20,282 bases of DNA from Longivirga aurantiaca (GCF_042660085.1 NZ_JBHSTI010000044.1:1-20282); one strand, 5' to 3'. Shown: positions 6,026 to 14,097, numbered from the stretch's first letter. Numbers and translations are program-made. Notes: generated by a model from the letters alone, not told the origin.

Positions 6026-7603
6026 CTAGAGGTTGCGGAGGTTGGCGTTCCCCGCCCGCAGGCGCGACAGCTGGACGAAGTGCTCGGGGTTGAGGAACAG
6101 CTCGTTCATCCACCCCAGTGTGTCGATGGTGAGCCCTTCAGGACGGTGGATCAGGTAGTCGAGGTACTGGAACGCGTCCTTGGCGCCGTACCCGACGTGG
6201 TGGGCGCCGAGCACCTTGCGGCTGTCGCCGTCGACGACGAGCTTCTGGAAGCCCGACAGCTCCGGCTTGCTGAACGCGTAGAGCATCGTCCCCTCGGCGC
6301 AGGGCAGCGGCAGGTTCTCGGTGTCGAGGTCCTTCACGGTCGGCGGCATCTGGATGATGATGACGTCGTCGTAGACCTCGCGGGCCTCGGCCTCGGTGAG
6401 CCCGACCCACGAGACCTCGTACGTCGTGTGCAGCGAGTCCGGGTACTCCGTGAAGTCGAACTCGAGGTCCTCGCCCATGATGTTGCGCGCTGCGGTGACG
6501 CCGCTCTTGCGCGCCTTGAACATCTCCATCGGCCCGTCGATCATGTCGCCGATCGCGTAGACGCCCGGCACCGACGACTGCATCCGGTGGTTGACCACGA
6601 CGCGGCCGACGTCGTTCACCTGGATCCCGAGGGCCTCCTGCGCCTGCTGCACCAGCGGACGCTCGCCCGTGCCGAGGAAGACGAAGTCGGTCGGGAGGTC
6701 GACCTCCTCGCCGGTCTCGAGGCGAACCGTGACGCTCGTGACGTGGCCGTCCTCCCCGTTGACCTGGACGGGGTGGGTGCCCTCGAGGATCGTCATGCCG
6801 CGCTTGCGCATGCCGCCGACGACGTACTGGCGCAGGTCCTCGTCGATGTGGTGGAGGCTCTTGGTGCGCATGAGCGGGGAGCGCGACACGATCGTGGTCG
6901 TGCAGCCGGTCGCGTGGAAGAAGGCGCCGTACTCCATCGCCACCTTGCTGCCGCCGATGATGACGCAGGTCTTCGGCTCGTAGTCGAGCTCCTCGACCAG
7001 GGTCACGAAGTCGTGCACGCCCGCCAGATCGAGACCGGGGATGTCGGGCCACACCGGACGTGCGCCCATGCCCAGGACGAGGTTGCGGGCCTTGAACGTG
7101 CGACCCGCAGCGGTGACGGTCGTCGCGTCGACGATCGTGGCGTGCGCGTTGAGCACGTACTCGACGTCGAGCTGCTCCTTGGTCTGCCAGTTCATGAACG
7201 CGTGCGCCGAGCCGCGTCCGGCGCGGAACAGGTTGATGAGGTCGAGGATGCGGGCCCGGTCGGCGTCGAACTTGGGGAAGAAGAGCTCGTCGGAGAACCA
7301 CCGCATCCGGTCGAGCTCCTCGGCGGCCTCGGAGAACAGGTGGTGCGGCACGCAGGCCTGGTGCGGGCACGAGCCGCCGAGGAACGGCCACGCGTCGATG
7401 ATCAGCGGGCGTCCGCCCATCGCCTTCATGTACGCCGCGCCGAAGCGCCCCCCGGCGCCGCCGCCGATGAAGATCGCGTCGTACTCGACCTCGCTGCCGT
7501 CGTCGACGAGGTTGAGGATCGGCTCCGACGACGGGTCGGTCATCGCGTCGTCGATCAGTTCGATCCACTCGCCAAGGTTCGGGTGCTGGTGGCGGATGTC
7601 CAC
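6026..7603 (-). CDS. xecC: 2-oxopropyl-CoM reductase (carboxylating), 2-KPCC-type NADPH:disulfide oxidoreductase
   Basis: 525 aa. FAD fold YDAIFIGGGAGGRFGAAY. Redox disulfide GGSCPHQACVPHH (Cys79/Cys84, nt 7352-7369). C-terminal ELFLNPEHF has Phe503/His508 where ordinary disulfide reductases have the His-x4-Glu dyad, which is the 2-KPCC hallmark. End-to-end resemblance to the Xanthobacter enzyme as I recall it (MEMFKARKSG, GFQKLVVD, HHVGYGAKDAFQYL, LSRLRAG). GTG at 7603 has GGAAGGA 8 nt upstream. Confidence 0.9.
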   Translation of the reverse strand: MDIRHQHPNLGEWIELIDDAMTDPSSEPILNLVDDGSEVEYDAIFIGGGAGGRFGAAYMKAMGGRPLIIDAWPFLGGSCPHQACVPHHLFSEAAEELDRMRWFSDELFFPKFDADRARILDLINLFRAGRGSAHAFMNWQTKEQLDVEYVLNAHATIVDATTVTAAGRTFKARNLVLGMGARPVWPDIPGLDLAGVHDFVTLVEELDYEPKTCVIIGGSKVAMEYGAFFHATGCTTTIVSRSPLMRTKSLHHIDEDLRQYVVGGMRKRGMTILEGTHPVQVNGEDGHVTSVTVRLETGEEVDLPTDFVFLGTGERPLVQQAQEALGIQVNDVGRVVVNHRMQSSVPGVYAIGDMIDGPMEMFKARKSGVTAARNIMGEDLEFDFTEYPDSLHTTYEVSWVGLTEAEAREVYDDVIIIQMPPTVKDLDTENLPLPCAEGTMLYAFSKPELSGFQKLVVDGDSRKVLGAHHVGYGAKDAFQYLDYLIHRPEGLTIDTLGWMNELFLNPEHFVQLSRLRAGNANLRNL

Positions 7604-7607
7604 GGGC

Positions 7608-9149
7608 TCAGTCCTTCCGGTCCGGGTCGTGCACGGGGTGTTCGGGTGTGCCGGTCGTCCCGGCGGTCTGGGGGGTGGCCTGCGCACCGTCGCGGGCGAT
7701 GCGGACCAGCTCGACCTCGACGGTCGCCAGCCGCGAACGCTGGTCCTGGGCCGCCGCGAGCCGGTCCGCGGCCGCACGGCCGAAGCGGTCGGCCATGTCG
7801 CCGACGGTGGCGGGGGCGGCACCGCCGATGCCGGTGCGCGTGGCCACGATCGAGACCGGGTCGACCACGTCCGCGAGCTCCTCGGGCGCGATGCCGAGGG
7901 GTGCGCCGAGCACCGCGGTGGCAGCGGCGTCGAGGCGCGCGGCGGTGATGTCGCGGCCCGTCCCGCCGTCGGCGGCCGTCGCGCGCACGGCGTGCGCGAC
8001 GACCTCGTAGGCGCTGCGATAGTCGAGGCCGCGCGTGCTCATCACGTGCTCCGCGATGTCGGTGGCCTGCGTGAACGACGCGTTCAGCGCGCGGCTCATG
8101 GCGGCCTCGTCTGCGCGCAGCCCGCCGACCACGCCGGTCATGAGCCGGGTCGCCAACGTGGCCCTCGACAGGGCCCGCGGCACCTCGCCGTACGCCACGA
8201 TGAGCCCGTCGCTGCGGGCCGACGGGGTTCGGCTCGTGGCCAGCAGACCCGTGAGCCTCCCGATGAGGACGCCGGCATGGGCGCGGACCATGCCGAGCGC
8301 ATAGGGGTTGCGCTTCTGCGGCATCATCACGCTGCTGCGGGCGTGGCCGTCGGCCAGCTCGACCCAGGCGAACTCGTCGCTGGCCCAGATCTCGAGGTCC
8401 TCCGCCAGCTTGCTGAGCGAGACCACGAGGCTCGTCGCGGCGGAGACCGCAGCGACGAGACCGTCCGTCTGCCACATCGCATCGCGGGTGTGCTCGAGCA
8501 CCCGGTCGAAGCCGAGCAGCTCGGCGGCGCGGCCGCGGTCGTAGCCGAGGCGGCCACCGTTCGTGCTGCCCACCCCGGCCGGGCTGCCTCCGAGCAGGTC
8601 CAGCTCGGCGAGGAGCCGCTGGAGGTCGCGCTCGACCGGCGGCACGAACGCCAGCAGGTAGTGGCCGAAGGTCGAGGGCTGGGCGTGCTGCAGATAGGTC
8701 TGGTCGGCAAGGTACGTGGTGGCGTAGCGCCCCGCGGCCTCGCTCGTGGCGGCACAGAATCCGGCTGCCGCCTCGACGAGGTCGAGCACGTCCTGGCGCA
8801 GTCTCAGCCGCACCGCGACGCGCACGGCCTCTCGTCGCGTGCGCGCCACGTGCAGCCAGCCCGCATCCTCGCCGATCTGCTGCGCGAAGCGTCGCTCGCG
8901 GCAGTTGTAGAGCTCGCCGTTGACGGGGTCGTAGCCGAACGCCTCGGCCGGCACGGCGTCGGCCTCCACCAGCACGTCGACGAGCCGGGCCGCCGCCGCC
9001 GCGGGCACCAGGCCCTGCTCGCGCAGCACGACGACGTGCGCGAGGTCGGCCACGTTGAGCCAGTGGTGCAGCAGCGGGGCGTCGTCCACCTCGAGGGCGA
9101 ACCCGGCCTCGACCAGCTCGGGGGCGTAGGACCCCAGCGGCTTCTTCAT
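7608..9149 (-). CDS. Aspartase/fumarase-superfamily lyase, argininosuccinate lyase-like (XcbD-like candidate)
   Basis: 513 aa with signature SSVMMPQKRNP and ArgH-like blocks (TYLQHAQPSTFGHYL, GSPAGVGSTNG). Start at ATG 9149 (MKKPLGSY...). This is the first gene of the five-gene minus-strand operon. It has an unusual Thr/Pro/Gly-rich C-terminal tail. Confidence 0.82.
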   Translation of the reverse strand: MKKPLGSYAPELVEAGFALEVDDAPLLHHWLNVADLAHVVVLREQGLVPAAAAARLVDVLVEADAVPAEAFGYDPVNGELYNCRERRFAQQIGEDAGWLHVARTRREAVRVAVRLRLRQDVLDLVEAAAGFCAATSEAAGRYATTYLADQTYLQHAQPSTFGHYLLAFVPPVERDLQRLLAELDLLGGSPAGVGSTNGGRLGYDRGRAAELLGFDRVLEHTRDAMWQTDGLVAAVSAATSLVVSLSKLAEDLEIWASDEFAWVELADGHARSSVMMPQKRNPYALGMVRAHAGVLIGRLTGLLATSRTPSARSDGLIVAYGEVPRALSRATLATRLMTGVVGGLRADEAAMSRALNASFTQATDIAEHVMSTRGLDYRSAYEVVAHAVRATAADGGTGRDITAARLDAAATAVLGAPLGIAPEELADVVDPVSIVATRTGIGGAAPATVGDMADRFGRAAADRLAAAQDQRSRLATVEVELVRIARDGAQATPQTAGTTGTPEHPVHDPDRKD

Positions 9150-9420
9150 CGTCCGGGACCGCCTCGTCGCGTGCGGGAGCGCGGCCCGGCGCACCGGGGG
9201 ACGAGCGTCGAGGCAGCCGAGGCGCCCGGCGACGCAGGAGCGCTCCGCACGCACTCAGGATCACGATCGCGCCGCTCGGATGGCATGTCCCGACGAGACG
9301 AAGATCCCGCCCCCTCCTGTACGCAGGGGACGTGTGACCGACGAGCCGGCAGGCGCCATCGTTGGCTGGCGGCCAGACCCCTCCACCGGACCGGCTCGTG
9401 GCCACGACCGAGGAGGAACG
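9150..9420. promoter_or_regulatory. Divergent intergenic control region between the five-gene operon and the MDR reductase gene
   Basis: 271-nt spacer between divergent starts at 9149 (-) and 9421 (+). It contains no credible ORF. The function is inferred from gene geometry only. Confidence 0.4.
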
Positions 9421-10407
9421 ATGCCCGACGGCACGATGCTCGCAGCGCTCTACCGCGGAACCGGCCCGGCTGCCGAGGTGCTCGAGGTCGTCGAGGTCGC
9501 GCGCCCGGACCCCGGACCGGGTGAGGTGCGCGTCCGGGTCGCGGTGTCGGGCATCAACCCCACGGACGTGAAGAACCGCGCGGGGATCATGACCTGGCCG
9601 ATCGACGGCTTCCAGGTGCCCCACCACGACGGCGCCGGCACCATCGACGCGGTCGGACCGGGTGTGGATCCGGGACGGATCGGCGAGCAGGTCTGGCTGA
9701 TGATGTCCGCCCACGGCAACGCGTGGGGGACGGCGGCCCAGTGGTGCGTCGTCCCTGAGTGGAAGGCGCGGCGGCTGCCGCCCGACACCGATCCGCTGCT
9801 CGGCGCCACCCTCGGCGTGCCTGCCGTGACGGCGGCGTACGCCCTCACGGCCGACGGGTCGGTCGAGGGCCGCGACGTACTGGTGCACGGCGGCGCCGGC
9901 GCGGTGGGCCGATGCGGGATCGAGCTCGGCCGGTGGGCCGGTGCGCGGGTGATCACCACGGTGAGCAGCGAGGCCAAGGCCGAGGTCGCGAGGACCGCAG
10001 GTGCGGACCTCGTCGTCGACTACCGGACCGAGGACGTCGTCGCCGCGGTGCGCGGGTTCTCAGCCGGTGTGCACCGTGTGGTCGAGGTGTCCTTGGCGGC
10101 CAACGCCGCGATCGACACCGAGGTCTGCGCCCAGGACGCGGTCGTCGTCGTCTTCGCCACCGATGGCGGTGAGGCGGTGCTGCCCGTGCGTCCGTCGTTG
10201 CTGAAGAGCCTGTCCTTCCGCTTCATCCTTCTCTACAACCTCGACCGCGAGGCCCTCGAGCTGGCGTCGGGTGTGGTCGAGCGCGCGCTGGACGATCGGG
10301 CGCTGACCCTCCCTCCGATCACCCGGTTCGCGCTCGAGGACATCGCCGCGGCGCACCAGCTGCAGGAGAGCGGGCCGTTCGGACGCGTGCTCCTCGACAT
10401 CCCCTGA
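9421..10407 (+). CDS. NAD(P)H-dependent medium-chain reductase, quinone oxidoreductase / zeta-crystallin type (no catalytic-zinc ligands)
   Basis: ATG at 9421 follows GAGGAGGAA (9410-9418). Product: GEVRVRVAVSGINPTDVKNRAG, VLVHGGAGAVGRCGIELGRWAGARVITT (cofactor fold), GRVLLDIP C-terminus. The track start at 9280 is rejected. Confidence 0.85.
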   Translation: MPDGTMLAALYRGTGPAAEVLEVVEVARPDPGPGEVRVRVAVSGINPTDVKNRAGIMTWPIDGFQVPHHDGAGTIDAVGPGVDPGRIGEQVWLMMSAHGNAWGTAAQWCVVPEWKARRLPPDTDPLLGATLGVPAVTAAYALTADGSVEGRDVLVHGGAGAVGRCGIELGRWAGARVITTVSSEAKAEVARTAGADLVVDYRTEDVVAAVRGFSAGVHRVVEVSLAANAAIDTEVCAQDAVVVVFATDGGEAVLPVRPSLLKSLSFRFILLYNLDREALELASGVVERALDDRALTLPPITRFALEDIAAAHQLQESGPFGRVLLDIP

Positions 10408-10417
10408 CGGGGAGCGG

Positions 10418-11626
10418 CTACCCGCCGATGCGTCCGGCGATGATGCTCGTGATCACGACCGAGGTGATGGTGACGGTCGAGAAGCCGGCGACGATCATCT
10501 TGGGCAGGATCTGGCCCTCGATGGCCGCGACCTCCTCGGGGGTCTCGCCGGCTCCGCGCGCTGCCTCCTGCGACAGGATCATCGTGCCGGGGAAGCCGTA
10601 GAGGCTCGTGAGCCCGATCGCGACCGACATCGGGACGCTGTAGCCGAGCGTCTTGCCGACCAGCGCCGAGAAGCCGGCGATGCCGACGAGGCCGAAGGTG
10701 AAGGCGAGCAGCAGCGGGAGCGCGAGCTCGGTGACGTCGGACGGCTGGATCGTGGCCAGCGGACCGAACACCAGGATCATGATCGCGATCATCATGAGCC
10801 CGAGGGAGTCGATGCCGCCGAGCACCGACGGCTTGAAGACGCCGAGGGTTCGCAGCGCGACGCCCAGGACCAGGGCGACGACGAACGTGTTGAGCGTGCC
10901 GTTCGTGAGGTTGTTGATGCCGAGGCTGACGAGCACAGCGATGCCGACGACGAGCAGCGTGCCCGCGGTGGTGCGCAGGGCGGGAGGCAGGATCGTCCTG
11001 GGTTCGCCGCCGTCCTCCGTCGCCTCCTCGGGCACGACGAGGTTGCCGGCGCGGTACTCGCCCTTCAGCCGGTTCGCCTCGCGCTTGAGGATGATCGAGG
11101 TGAGCGGGAAGCCGATGAGGCCCTGCAGGGCGGCGATGAGCACGGGGAAGATCGCGATGCTCGTGAGCCCGACGCCGAGCGCAGCCTCCTGGATGATGAG
11201 CACCGAGATCGCACCGCCGCTGAGCGAGCCCGTGCCGGCGATGACGAAGTCGAGGGCCTGCGCGTAGCCGTCCTCGGCGGCGCCGCTGATGCGGCCGCCG
11301 AAGAGGAGGGCGGCGACGTACAGCATGATGCCGATGCCGAGGACCGTCGCGACGCCGACGAGGAACGTCTTCCACTGCTTGATGAAGTCGTCGAGGCTGA
11401 TCATCGTGCCGAGGTGCACGATGATGAACCCGACCACCACGCCCGCCAGGGCGAGCAGCGATGACGCCTGCAGCAGGTCCTCGGGGAAGATCCCGGTCAG
11501 GAAGCCGACCAGGAAGATCATCGACGCGACGAACAGCGACGACAGCAGCGACTTCGTCTTCTTGGCGACGAGGTCGCTGACCGTCCACACGGCCATGACG
11601 ACGACGAAAGCGAGCACCGGGTTCAT
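10418..11626 (-). CDS. Polytopic membrane permease (about 402 aa, two hydrophobic halves joined by a charged linker), family not recognised
   Basis: ATG at 11626 with GGAGG 4 nt upstream. The sequence is almost entirely hydrophobic helices (MNPVLAFVVVMAVWTVSDL...GFSTVTITSVVITSIIAGRIGG) with a central hydrophilic loop (KREANRLKGEYRAGNLVVPEEATEDGGEPR). The 718-aa track ORF is an extension over non-coding and antisense sequence. Confidence 0.8.
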   Translation of the reverse strand: MNPVLAFVVVMAVWTVSDLVAKKTKSLLSSLFVASMIFLVGFLTGIFPEDLLQASSLLALAGVVVGFIIVHLGTMISLDDFIKQWKTFLVGVATVLGIGIMLYVAALLFGGRISGAAEDGYAQALDFVIAGTGSLSGGAISVLIIQEAALGVGLTSIAIFPVLIAALQGLIGFPLTSIILKREANRLKGEYRAGNLVVPEEATEDGGEPRTILPPALRTTAGTLLVVGIAVLVSLGINNLTNGTLNTFVVALVLGVALRTLGVFKPSVLGGIDSLGLMMIAIMILVFGPLATIQPSDVTELALPLLLAFTFGLVGIAGFSALVGKTLGYSVPMSVAIGLTSLYGFPGTMILSQEAARGAGETPEEVAAIEGQILPKMIVAGFSTVTITSVVITSIIAGRIGG

Positions 11627-11722
11627 GGGGGCCTCCGAGCCGGAACCTAGCAGCGGCTCGGCGGCTCCGCCCGTGCTCACGGTTTCGATCGGTGCTGGGG
11701 CGCCGGGTAGTCTGGGCGCACC
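11627..11722. promoter_or_regulatory. Divergent promoter region with an 8-bp inverted repeat and a TANNNT box close to the downstream ATG
   Basis: CCGAGCCG (11635-11642) and CGGCTCGG (11654-11661) are separated by 11 nt. TAGTCT (11708-11713) lies 9 nt before ATG 11723, and no Shine-Dalgarno precedes that ATG. Confidence 0.35.
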
Positions 11723-14065
11723 ATGAGATTGATTGAGTACGACGCCACCGACCTGACTCCGGAGGCATGGCGATCGGGTGGTGACGCTCGCGCGTTCAAC
11801 CCGACGATCGCCGAGATCGATGGCGGCTACGTGATCGCCTACCGCGTCGTCCAGGTCGACTCCGACCACCGTCGTATCGCCACCGCACGGCTCGACAGCG
11901 ACCTCGCGCTCGTGCCCGGCAGCGTCGTTGCTCTCTCCGACGAGATCACCTTCGCCGACCCGCACCTCCCCGAGCGCTCGCGGGAGTGGCACGCCGATCC
12001 CATGTTCCTGCGCCTCAAGGGGCGCCTCTACCTCCTCTGGAACGACGGCAACACGCGCCCGTTCAACCACCAGTTCCTCGCCGAGATGACCGACGACGGC
12101 CAGCACGTCGCGGCACCGGCTCGCGAGCTGACGACGGCCGACCGCCGCGAGGTCGAGAAGAACTGGGCCCTGTTCGAGTCCGACGGCGAGGTGTACCTGA
12201 GCTACACCTACCGCCCCCACCGCGTGCTGCGCGTCGACCTGGACACGACCGAGCCGACCCTCGTCGCGACCCCGGCGTACACGAGCGACTTCCCCACCGA
12301 GTACGAGCGGATCTTCGGTGTGGTGCACGGCGGCTCGCAGCCGGTGCGCGTCGGCGACACCTTCGTCACCATGGCGCACTCGAGCTTCTCGCTCCCCGAG
12401 GGCCGGGTCTACCGCGGTGTGCTCGTGGAGTTCGAGGCCACGGCGCCCTTCCGCGTGCGCCGCATGTCCAAGGCGCCGTTCGACCTGCCGAACGCCGCCG
12501 GTGCCGAGTTCAAGCACGACAAGCTGAACCCGAACGTCCACGAGGTCATCTACCCGCGCGGCCTGGTGCGTCACGGTGACGAGTGGATCGTGGCCTACGG
12601 GCTCAACGACGAGGAGTGCGCGATCGCGGTGGTGCCCGCCGCCGCGTTCGCCAGCAGCTTCGGGCCGAAGGTGTCGACGTCGTACACCCTGGGCGCCGAG
12701 GACGTCACCCTGTCGCGGCTCCGGCGCGCGCCCGCGGTGAAGACCGACGGCCGCCAGCTGCCGGTCTTCTGGTTCGACGCGAAGGGTCGGCTCTTCGACA
12801 CCTTCGTCGGCGGCCGACGGTTCGCGACGGGCAACTTCGGCGACATCGCCTCACGTCAGATCGCCGAGCAGCTCTCCGGCGTCCAGGCCCGCACCGCCCT
12901 CCCCGGGGAGCCGCGTCTGCTCGCGATCGGCTCGGTGCTCCACCGTGCGCACGACGGCGACGTCGTCTGGGGCTCGGGCGTCAAGGGCGAGAAGGACCCG
13001 CTGCCCGAGGGCATCGACCTCGATGTGCGCGCCGTGCGCGGCCCGCTCTCGCTCGAGTACCTGCAGCAGTCCGGCGTGAACACCGACCGCGTCACGCACA
13101 CCTTCGACCCGGGTGTGCTCTTCCCGCACCTGTACGCCGCAGAGCTCGCGAAGAGCCCCTCGCGCGGCGGCGACCGGATCATCCCGCACTACCACGACGA
13201 CCTCGAGATGCGTCGCCGTCTCCCGGCGTATTCCGAGTCCTTCGTCTCGGTCGACTGCACGCCGCTGGACATGATGCGTGCGATCAAGGGCGCCGACCGC
13301 GTCTTCTCGAGCTCGCTGCACGGCGTGATCTTCGCCGAGGCGATGGGCATCCCGGCGTACTGGCTGGCGCCGGTCGGCGGGGAGAACGAGCTCAAGTACT
13401 ACGACTACTACTACGGCACCGGCCGCAGGGACGTGAAGCGGTTCGAGTCGCTCGAGGACGCCATGGCCTCCGAGCCGATGCCCCTCCCGACCTTCGACAT
13501 TGAGGGCTACCTCAGCACGTTCCCGCACGACCAGGTGGCGCGGCTGGCGTCCACGTCGGTGAGCCCGGGGCAGCGCTTCGACCTCCGCAACTGGACCGGG
13601 CTGCGCCTCAACACATTCTTCGCGCTCGAGGGCTTCGACCTGCGTGACAGCAGCGGTGTCTGGATGACCTCCACGCGCGCGGCCATCGGCACGGTGGTGC
13701 GTGCCGAGCCCGGCGATCAGGTGGCCATCACCCTCGCCTTCACCCCGACCGACCGCCGGGCCCTGGCCGACTCGCTGAGCCTGCGGGCGCAGGCGAACGG
13801 CGGGCCGGTGCAGGTCGTCCGCTGGCGCAGCGGAGGCACCGGGCGCGTCGAGGTCACGCTCGCGTTCACGGCCACCGCCAAGGACACGCCCGTCCAGCTC
13901 GACCTCGAGCTCGAGGACGGCGGCCCGGTCTCGCGCCGTGGCCCCCGCGACGCCAGGCGACTGGCGCGCAAGGTGCTCCCGTCGGCGATCGCGCCGGCGT
14001 ACCGCGGCGGTCTGCTGTCGTGGGTGCGCGTCTCGTCGGTCCCGCGCGGGAGCCGTCCGGCGTAG
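11723..14065 (+). CDS. Three-domain cell-envelope glycan modification protein: N-terminal propeller-like glycosidase/phosphorylase-type domain, central polysaccharide pyruvyl transferase domain, C-terminal beta-rich domain
   Basis: 780 aa.
- Central part (about aa 340-590): GNFGDIASRQI, IGSVLHRAHDGDVVWGSGVKG, VFSSSLHGVIFAEAMGIPAYWL, matching the CsaB/WcaK-type pyruvyl transferase pattern.
- N-terminal part: AFNPTIAEIDGGYVIAYRVV, ADPMFLRLKGRLYLLWNDG, EKNWALFESDGEVYLSY, resembling DUF377/GH130-like propeller repeats (tentative).
- C-terminal about 180 aa: unassigned. Confidence 0.75.
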   Translation: MRLIEYDATDLTPEAWRSGGDARAFNPTIAEIDGGYVIAYRVVQVDSDHRRIATARLDSDLALVPGSVVALSDEITFADPHLPERSREWHADPMFLRLKGRLYLLWNDGNTRPFNHQFLAEMTDDGQHVAAPARELTTADRREVEKNWALFESDGEVYLSYTYRPHRVLRVDLDTTEPTLVATPAYTSDFPTEYERIFGVVHGGSQPVRVGDTFVTMAHSSFSLPEGRVYRGVLVEFEATAPFRVRRMSKAPFDLPNAAGAEFKHDKLNPNVHEVIYPRGLVRHGDEWIVAYGLNDEECAIAVVPAAAFASSFGPKVSTSYTLGAEDVTLSRLRRAPAVKTDGRQLPVFWFDAKGRLFDTFVGGRRFATGNFGDIASRQIAEQLSGVQARTALPGEPRLLAIGSVLHRAHDGDVVWGSGVKGEKDPLPEGIDLDVRAVRGPLSLEYLQQSGVNTDRVTHTFDPGVLFPHLYAAELAKSPSRGGDRIIPHYHDDLEMRRRLPAYSESFVSVDCTPLDMMRAIKGADRVFSSSLHGVIFAEAMGIPAYWLAPVGGENELKYYDYYYGTGRRDVKRFESLEDAMASEPMPLPTFDIEGYLSTFPHDQVARLASTSVSPGQRFDLRNWTGLRLNTFFALEGFDLRDSSGVWMTSTRAAIGTVVRAEPGDQVAITLAFTPTDRRALADSLSLRAQANGGPVQVVRWRSGGTGRVEVTLAFTATAKDTPVQLDLELEDGGPVSRRGPRDARRLARKVLPSAIAPAYRGGLLSWVRVSSVPRGSRPA

Positions 14066-14079
14066 AGCCTGCGGGGAGG

Positions 14080-14097
14080 CCGGAGCCTCGGCTCCGG
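14080..14097. terminator. Short GC hairpin between convergent genes (possible bidirectional terminator)
   Basis: CCGGAGC (14080-14086) pairs with GCTCCGG (14091-14097), loop CTCG. It sits in the 44-nt gap between stops at 14065 (+) and 14110 (-). There is no U-tract. Confidence 0.3.
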
